Below are positions 58,378-64,000 of a stretch of 64,000 nt of DNA, in pieces. Made by a program: the position numbers and the translations under genes. A model generated the notes under the pieces. That model saw nothing but the letters and a program-made list of their open reading frames with translations, was not told the origin of the DNA and did not search any database. Position 1 is the stretch's first letter; each line of letters starts with the position of its first letter. Source of the stretch: Blepharisma stoltei ATCC 30299 (lineage: Eukaryota; Protista; Ciliophora); the NCBI GenBank assembly GCA_965603825.1, contig CBFDEM010000057.1, positions 248,001 to 312,000 on the forward strand, read 5' to 3'.

Positions 58378-61300
58378 ATGGTCTCATATCTAAAAATCTT
58401 TCTCGTTGCAAACCTTTGTTTAGTGCATTGCTTTGACTCATCTAAAGTTTCTTTAGCAATAAATTGCGGCTCAGTAAATACTTACTGATCAACTCTTGGA
58501 TTTCTTTATTATCCATGAACATACTATACATTTGACGGTAGCTATGTTGAGGAGACAACAAATACAATTGGAAGAACTGAAAATCCAATGGTTTATAAAT
58601 TCTCGCGGTCAAGTTCCAGGACCCCTTCTTGGGCATATCTATTTCCCATACCGGAAGATGGACATTATGTGCTAATTCTTCAATTTGCAGAAATAACTTA
58701 CACAGCACCATATAAAAGAGTCTTTACAATAATGTTAGGAGATACTTATACCTTAGTATCAGATTTTGATATTTTTGTAAAAGCCGGACCTAACAATGCG
58801 TATGATATTTTTGTCGAATTTTTGGTTGTTGATGGAGCTTCCTATGTAGATGGTAACCTTGCGTCAGATAGCAACAATTATTTTATAATTAATTTCATAA
58901 ACTCAGGTATAGGAGATCCAACAATTTCAGGAATAGTTTTGGTCAAGGGGTATTGCTCAAGCGAGGTTGACAACTGTAACATGTGCTATGATGACAGCTG
59001 CTATGACTGCGATGAAACTACGATTACGTGCAATGCTTGCAACAGTAATATGACTCCTGTCAATGGAATTTGCCAATGTAACTCTCAAGCTTATTATAAA
59101 GACTCGAAATCGCATTCCTGCTTTATTTGCGATTATTTATGTGAAGTTTGTGAAGGCTCAGGTAAATTTTTATGCAATTCTTGCTATTCTCCTAACTATC
59201 TCGTCTCACAAATATGCTTGAAAAGCTGCCCTTATGGATTTTCAACAGGATGCTCTGAAGTAACTTCGATTTTAATAAATTCTCGCTTTAATTCAGACTT
59301 CACAGGGGTTTATGATGGATTTTTTCGATCTGGAACATTTGGAAACTCTTATTACTTTTTCAACTCGCCAGATGCAGATGATCCAATCCCTGCTTTCAAC
59401 AGAGGACTTTATTTTCGTGGATTATCAACATTCTTAGAGACTACTTTTGATGTCTATTTTTCAATTAATTTTTCTCTTGCATTTTGGATATGAATACCTG
59501 AAGATTCATCAGCGAGTGAAGGCATCATGAAGCATGGCAAAGATTCTAAACTGAGTATTTATTCAAATGGAAATATATATTTTTTTCTAGAAAATGAAGA
59601 AGGGTACTTAGATTATATTTATACAGATCCAATGTCTGTGAATTATGGAACATGAATTTATTTCTCTTATACAATTTTTTATTCATCAGGAGCAACTAAT
59701 GTGAAATCATTTATGAATAATGCTCCTATGGCTACTAATGTGAAGGATGGATATATTTATAGGGGTGATTTTGAAGGCAATACAATTGTCTTAGGCTTGG
59801 ATAGAAGCAGCAACCACTTCAGAGGTTTTATTTATGCATTTCAATTCTGGAACTGTGCAGTATCTGACTTTAGTGCGTATTATTTGGACGATTTGTGTGG
59901 AACTGGAAATATTGCAAGCTGTCTCTGGTCTTGTGCTCTTGAAGAGTGAATGGACAACAGTGTTCCCACTTTTTGTGATGCATCATGCAATTACGGATGC
60001 GTAAGGAATGGATCCTGTAACATTTGCTTTGATCCCTTATGCAAAACTTGTCATGGATTTAATGCTGATTCATGCGATCAGTGCGTGGCAAATGCTTCAG
60101 GTTCTTCATGCAGCTGTAATTCGCCTTATATAGTTTCTAATTCTGGCTTTGAATGTGTTAGCTGCTCATCTGGCTGTGAATCATGCACAGGTGAAAATCC
60201 TTACGATTGTATATCTTGCAATCCCGGGTATTATCAATTAAAGACTTGGTGTATTACTGATGATTCTAATTATCATACTCCAAACTCATGCATTGCAAGC
60301 TATGAGTTCACTAAAATTTCAAACATTCAGTACGACTCTGTTAATAGTTACCCAATTTATATGGGAAGTGATGACTTATACTATAATGATTATGATGCAA
60401 ACGATCCTTGGGTTTTACCTTACAGAGGCTTATATTTTAATGGCAATTCAATTGCATTGCTTCCTCAAAAGAATGAGACCTCAAAAGGAATTCCGCTTTG
60501 ATTAAACCACACAATTGATATATGAGTAATGGCTATGCCTAGCTATAGTGCCGGTGCGATATATTCCCTTTACACTGATGACTCTTATTTGATAATAATT
60601 ACCGCACCCCCTTTCTCTTCACCCTCCTCTCATAAGTACGAGGTATGATATAACCTAACAAATTTTGATGGGCAATCTTCCGGCTTAATTGAAACGCAAA
60701 GTGCAATCTATTTGTTTAATACCTGACAGAGAGTGGTTGTTTCTTATTCTTATCAGTCAGAATCAAATTTGAAGTTATTTGTAAACGATCAAATGGTTGA
60801 TTCTAAAACAGAAAGCAATTATTTTTATTATGAGCACAACTTCAAGGCTTATTTGGGAAAAGAAGTAATGAGCGGGGGATTTGTTGGATATATATATTCT
60901 TTAAAATTATACAATTATGCAATGCAATCAGTCACTTCATGATCCTCCACATCATGCGGATACCCCTTCTGCACTGAGAGCAATATCGCTTTAATAAACT
61001 GCAAACCTTTGGAATTTTATGACATTTCTACAAAATCTTGTAATTATTGCAGCAGTTACTGCTTGCATGGATGTGCAAGAGGTGGGGATATTTGCAACTT
61101 GCATCAAAATCCACTTTGTGAATCATATGAAAATTTGAAATTCGAAGTCTGCGGCACATGCAAAGCAAATGCTAATAATATCCCGCCTTGCACTTGTGCT
61201 GATAATTTGATATATGACACTGCATCAGAAACCTGCAAGTGCAGTGATGGCTATCAGCCAGTTAACAACCAATGCTCTTCTTGCATTAGATACCTTCAGC

Positions 61301-64000
61301 CTAGCGAAATAAAAGGCTATTTTACGCTAACTTTTCTTAAAATAATTTTTGAGTTTTCAATCGCTGTTGATATATCTGGATTGAAATGCTCAAATATTTT
61401 TCCTACAACTATATTAGATAAATTTGGATTAGACTATTCCTGCAGTCTAGACTCTGATAAAATCACTGTTGAGCTTGGAAAGGATTTTGCTATAAGAGAC
61501 GAATCAGTATCTCTTATAAAGGGTTCGCTAAAATGTGGTAATGAATGCGGATATACTGCAAATAATATAAATATAGCCCTACAGTACTCTAGTGCTCCTC
61601 CATTTCCTCTTTCTATAATAGATGCTCCTAATACAGTATTATACAATTGCCAGGATTTGTTAATTTCAGGCCAAAAATCAACTGGAAACCTTAACTCTGC
61701 ACTTGAGTACAAATGAATACTCTCATCAGACCCACCTTTGCAAGCCCTAATACAGTTCAATACCGATTTTCAAACGCAAATTTCTTATTTCTCTATTCCG
61801 AGAAGTGATTTATCAACAGCAAACATCACAGTGACTCTCATGGTTAGAAATATTTTGGGCAGTGTAGGCACAAATTCAATTGTCATTCAATCAATTCCAA
61901 ATGGAATCTCAGTAAATTTTGACAGAGCTATAAGCAATCAACAATTGGTGACTAAGTCAAATTTCTATGCAGCTGGGTCAATTGCATCGTGTGATGATAT
62001 TAGCGAGCTTCATCTAAGTTGGAAACTCGAAAGCGCAGATGGCAATTTAACAGCTGTGGATGAGGAATCTATTTGGGAAAATCAAAAATGGCCATCAAGT
62101 TTGTATATCCCTGCAAAAAGTATCCCACCATACACTAATGTTACATTTGTTTTACAAGCTGCCAATTTAGTTTCAAATATCAAGGGAGTTGGACTAATCG
62201 AAATCTCAGTTTTTCCTTCTTCTCCAGTCATTCAATTTTCTCGAACAGATGGAGATGCTGAGGCTGACAAACCATTTTCTATTGATGCAAGTTCGAGTTA
62301 TGATCCTAACGAAAATAAGCCTCTTTCCTTTGTCTGAAACTGCATAAAAAGCAACTCAATTGATTGCTCATCATTAATTTCAGATCCCTATTCACCTATC
62401 TTAAGGCTACCTTCGAATTCTTTAGAAACTGGGACTGAATATGCATTTTCAGTAGCAGCTATAGCTGATTTTTCAAATGGAAGACAAGGAAAATATTCAA
62501 TGCAAACTGAAAAAACTATAAAAATAAGTGCTGTTAGTTATCATGTGCCTGATTTAAATATTATCAATGCAATCCCTGGAAGCCAATCAAACACTATGTC
62601 AGGGGATAAAAAGCTTTCATTAGCAGTTTCAGTAGAAAGTGATCCCAATAAGCAACTTTCTTATCAATGAAGCTTAGTAAGTGGAGGAAATCTTAAATTC
62701 ACAACTCCGCTTGATCAATATGCAATTGCGATCTCACAAGATTCTTTAAATGCAGGAATTACCTACACTCTAAATTTAGCTATTTTTGACGGAAGCCACT
62801 ATTCTTCATTTTTTTACTCTTTTTATGCCAATTCTCCTCCAAGCTTAGGAAGCCTTGATACAGTTCCAGACGAAGGTATAGAATTAGATACCATTTTCAA
62901 AATGGAGGCTTTAGGGTGAATTGATGAAGAAAATGATTACCCATTCGACTACTCATTTGGATATTTAACTGATAATAATAGTGTCTTTCTGAATATAAAA
63001 AATCAAAGCTCGACGCATTTTACCGCTTTTCCCTATCTAAGCAGAAGCACTTTGTCCATTTTTGTAGATGTTTATGACAGCTTAGGAGCCTTATCAAGAA
63101 AAATTGAAAAAATAAAAGTATCGAAAAATAAAAATCTGGACAAAAATGAACTGTATTTAAGTTCCCAAAATTATGTTTATTCAATAACTTCCAATCCACA
63201 AACATATCCTGCAACAATTGGCGATTTGTGTAGCTCTATCCTTAATAGAGACTATTATACAGACAGTGAATTCAAATATCCTTCTGATGATGACAAGGTT
63301 TTCCTACAAGAAGTTGTCAACTCAACTCTTTACTGAACTAAAAGTTTAATTGAAAAGGGCAACTTAGACAGTCAATCAATTTCAACCTTCGCAGACTTAT
63401 TAAGAATGGTGACATTTAACCCTTATTTAGTGGATCATGACGTTGAAACTAAAGTACTTGAAATGATAAATTCTATAGCTGATAATATTCCAGAATCACA
63501 AACTCTGACAAATGAACAAACTGATGACTATTTTATAGCAATTGATCAATCTTACCAGTATAATGCATCAAGTCTTGTTAATAAGACTGATAGCCTTGAA
63601 AAAGGAGTTGACACAATAAATAACCTGAATAAGCTTATACTTTCACAAATGGTTATTAATGAAAAAATTTTTATCACAACTGATAATATAGAAGCTACCT
63701 TGACAGTAATGGAAAGCAAAGACCTTGATGACTTTCAATTATATTCGAGCTCCAAAAGTGCTTCAGTAGCCTTACCATCAAATTTTTCATCTATACTAGC
63801 GAGCTCTACATCAGAAAGTGAAGTTGGTATTGCTATGACCCTTCTGAAAGCTCCAAAGAATCCTGACAGCTTATCATCGTCTGTTGTCGATTTCTCAATC
63901 TATGACCGGCAAAGTAATCAAAAAATTGAATTGAATATGACATTTTCTTATATCCTAATAGAAATTCCTGTCTGAAATCTTAAATCATCAGCATTTGTTC
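58378..64000 (+). CDS. Second malectin-LamG-REJ receptor paralogue (truncated by the window end just before the GPS)
   Basis: ATG 58378 MVSYLKIFLVANLCLVHC, colinear with 50299..57426 throughout; frame open with TGA=W to the end of the window. Confidence 0.85.

Noticed and set aside
1047-63975. Widespread pseudogenisation or selenoproteins suggested by the many in-frame TGA codons
   Set aside because: The TGAs sit at Trp positions and align with TGG in paralogues, not with Cys; frames are otherwise intact.
1-64000. CRISPR arrays, rRNA/tRNA genes, transposase or reverse-transcriptase genes, prokaryotic operons
   Set aside because: None seen. The repeats present are paralogous genes and one segmental duplication, and the DNA is eukaryotic.

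Overview
AT-rich, gene-dense eukaryotic DNA, most consistent with the somatic (macronuclear) genome of a heterotrich ciliate of the Blepharisma type. In-frame TGA codons fall repeatedly at conserved Trp positions and align to TGG in paralogues within the window. Every intact gene ends in TAA or TAG, and the few introns are 15-18 nt GT-AG introns. The supplied ORF track uses the standard code, so it fragments most genes and misses several entirely. Re-read with TGA=Trp, the window holds about 37 protein-coding genes. Housekeeping genes include PPIL2, NDUFAF1/CIA30, a cytosolic carboxypeptidase, NOM1, a carbonyl reductase, a Vps39-like protein, PP2C, a kinesin-3, a SAXO-like protein and a cyclin. 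There are many tandem paralogue sets: 3 TMEM185-like genes, 2 pseudo-otubain/zinc-finger genes, 2 CxH..GMC..CY zinc-finger genes, 2 Qc-SNAREs, 5 secreted GH1 beta-glucosidases plus a fragment, 2 giant malectin-REJ-GPS receptors, and 2 orphan microproteins. The strongest candidates for something new are: (1) the duplicated ~91-aa microprotein, with an invariant N-terminus and a hypervariable Gly/Asn-repeat C-terminus that has diverged more than its flanking non-coding DNA; (2) the malectin-tipped polycystin-like GPS receptors; (3) a TA-bounded 71-bp insertion that breaks an otherwise continuous gene (possible retained IES); and (4) several unusual architectures (pseudo-otubain-RING-LIM, F-box-LRR-ankyrin-CaaX, CaaX kinesin-3, stand-alone AUDH-like cupin). 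All family calls come from motif recognition by eye; no searches were run.
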